This document shows, piece after piece, positions 61,546 to 64,000 of a stretch of 64,000 nt of DNA (position 1 is its first letter; each line of letters opens with the position of its first letter). Location: NCBI RefSeq assembly GCF_009914755.1, contig NC_060928.1; one strand, 5' to 3'. The notes under the pieces are model-generated. The model ran no database searches and was not told the DNA's origin. It worked only from the letters and a program-made list of their open reading frames with translations. The translations under genes were made by a program, and so were the position numbers. The stretch is from the human T2T-CHM13v2.0 reference genome, Homo sapiens.

Positions 61546-62949
61546 AAACCTGACTCACTTTCCTTCCGCATGGTGCCTCCTTCTTCATTTCCTTTCTCAT
61601 GCACATTCTGTTGTTATTGGAATTCCTCTTGAGTTTTCTTTCTTCCTCTTTCAAATTCTCAGAATCAGAGTTAGACCTTCTTCACACTCAAACAAAGAGA
61701 AAATCTCCTTTTGATATATAGTGTATAGTGTCCATCAACTCTGGGTTTATTGATTGGTAACCCTCATTAGTAGAGGTGGATTTCAAGTGATAAAAATCCT
61801 GCAAAACACAATTTATCAGAAACTCTGATTGCAGAGCACAAACCTGTAACAGTCACATGCTTTGATGCTATGAGTAATAATTTGCATACTTTATGCATCA
61901 CGACACTCTAAATAAAACAAACAAACAAAACATTGATTTGATAACCACCCTACAGGGAACCTGAATTATCTGTCAATTTTCCTTATGATAATTTCCCAAA
62001 AATATTACCATAAATATAAGGAACAAGAGAGTATATGGCAAAGAAATGAAGAGAAAAAAGGGTAGTTGGTGGCAATCTGTTGGGGAGTTAGTTACTTTTA
62101 AAAGGATTATATTTTTCAAGATTTTGTTATATTTGTGGTGTTTGTTTTTATAAAGTTCAAATTTGTTGTATGTTTTCTCTTTCAAAATAAGTATTCATGT
62201 TCATACTTGATTCCTTTTAAAGCGGGTTAAATTGTACACATCTTGGCGCTTGCCTACAAAACTAGATCCAACCTCACTTAAAACTTTTCTTACAATTAGC
62301 TGCCTTCTTATTTAAATAGAAGGTACACATGTACAAGAATCACACATTCCCTGTGCACTTCTGCATTTCAATGCCTACACACTAGTCCAAACTTCAGATT
62401 TCCAGAGAAATGTTTTCCATCTTTTAATGTGACTATGAGACATCTCATTTTATTATAGTTCATGGTGACTGGCTCCCTCAAGCTTTACTTCACATGAAAT
62501 GTCAACATTGAACATAAATACATGGAAAGTACATCTGGTCTGGTGGGATAGTATTGATGCTGGCTTTTTGGAAATTGTGAGTTGGGATGAGTTTGCTGCA
62601 GATATCCAAGCATCTGCCAGTTAATTTTGTGTGGTATATCTGGAAAGGTCCCATGCACACTGAGGCATAACTTCAAATACGTTTTTTTGGCTGTGGATTC
62701 CTGGGAAACAAGATGAGCAGACAGACAACACTGCCTAGAGTAATTAGGAACAGAGTGACTTGCTCTACATCCTCAGGAAATTGTTGCAAACTGGGAAGGC
62801 ACATCCCCCAATTTGTTTTTTTCCTCTGAACATCCCTGTCTATTGAGAGGCAACAGCTGGCAGTGTAACTGGCTGGGCTGCTTGAGTTTGCACTAATATC
62901 ATTAAAGAGTAAAATATTAATATACTCCTGTTAAAAGAAGTTACAGAGA

Positions 62950-63070
62950 ACTTATCCCTGAAAAGCCATCATTAATCTTCATAATGACCTTCCAAATAAG
63001 ATAGAAAAAATGAACACATTTTATAGATAGGAAAATCTGGATAACTAGGGTTTTGTTCAAGGTCAGAAGT
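62950..63070 (-). mobile_element. MIR fragment
   Basis: 'attaatcttcataatgacc...cattttatagataggaaaatc...ttgttcaaggtca'. Confidence 0.5.
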
Positions 63071-64000
63071 CTAAAAAAATACACACTGTATTTCTCATAA
63101 ATTAAGTTTTTGCCATGATTGCCTCAATCCTATTCTCTGCCTGCTATAAGAAAGTGTTTTCTCTGCCAAACCGCATTTCTAGCAGAAATAAATACTTTAT
63201 AAATCCATTCCCTTTGAAACTTGCATTCAAGTACAGTCAATCTTATTTTTAGAACATTTATGCATTCTTACTTTAAAAAATCATTTAAAGTTATCCTTAT
63301 AAAGATCATATTTCTTCTTTACTGCCAAAAGATCACAAATGCCTACAGGGCAGAAAACTTCCTGTTGAACAAGGGAGATTAGATGAGACTTTCAACAAAA
63401 GATTAATTTGTCTACTGAAATACGGTTGGTATTGCTTAAGCTGATGATTTTCTTAGCAACCATTGCAATGAAAGCAATGTGACTTAATGTGTCCAGTTTA
63501 ATGAGTAAACATGTTGGTACTACCAAAATGTATTAGATTCCATTTTAAATAATCATTTACAAGCAATATGAAGCAAGTGATAATCAATGGAAAATTGCAA
63601 CAGAAATGGAGAATATGAAGAATTGAAAGAATGTGGCTACGTTTTTAAAAGTAAAATTCGCAAATAAAATAATCAGATCTTCTTCAAATTGCTGATAGGG
63701 CATAGCTTATACATCTAATTACAAAGATTGCATAGACCATATCACATAAACAAAGAAGCATTTGTCCTTACTGAAGAGGGTATTCAAACCACAAATTGCT
63801 CTGTAGTATGCTCCGAATACAGATAAGCTTGAAACTGCTTTATTTAGTCTTCATACACACACATCAAAATAGAAAATGGTTGCATATTTAAACATTTTAG
63901 ACCCATTCCTATTTTAGCAAATTCTAGCTTACAATATGATTATGATTACATAGATTTATAAAACCTCAAATATCTCCAGTTATCACTTGGGATTTTTCTT

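Overview
AT-rich primate genomic DNA, most likely human or another ape (AluY, LTR12C and THE1 elements are present). It looks intergenic or deep-intronic and is dominated by transposable-element relics: L1, L2, MIR, Alu, MaLR/ERVL/ERV1 LTRs and Tigger/Charlie MERs. I find no intact protein-coding gene; the listed ORFs mostly fall in repeats or low-complexity DNA. The one gene-derived sequence is a decayed HMGN1 processed pseudogene (55689-56733, minus strand), nested in a 5'-inverted L1MA that itself lies in an older near-full-length L1. The best regulatory candidate is a CpG-rich solo LTR12C (22465-23685) whose U3 enhancer repeat array appears collapsed to one unit, with candidate small + strand exons downstream. 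Several short locally templated duplications sit at TE junctions, including an inverted repeat with ~140-bp arms inside an MST LTR. Repeat subfamily calls come from recalled consensus sequences and need RepeatMasker/Dfam confirmation. I cannot support a claim of a wholly new biological system from this sequence alone.
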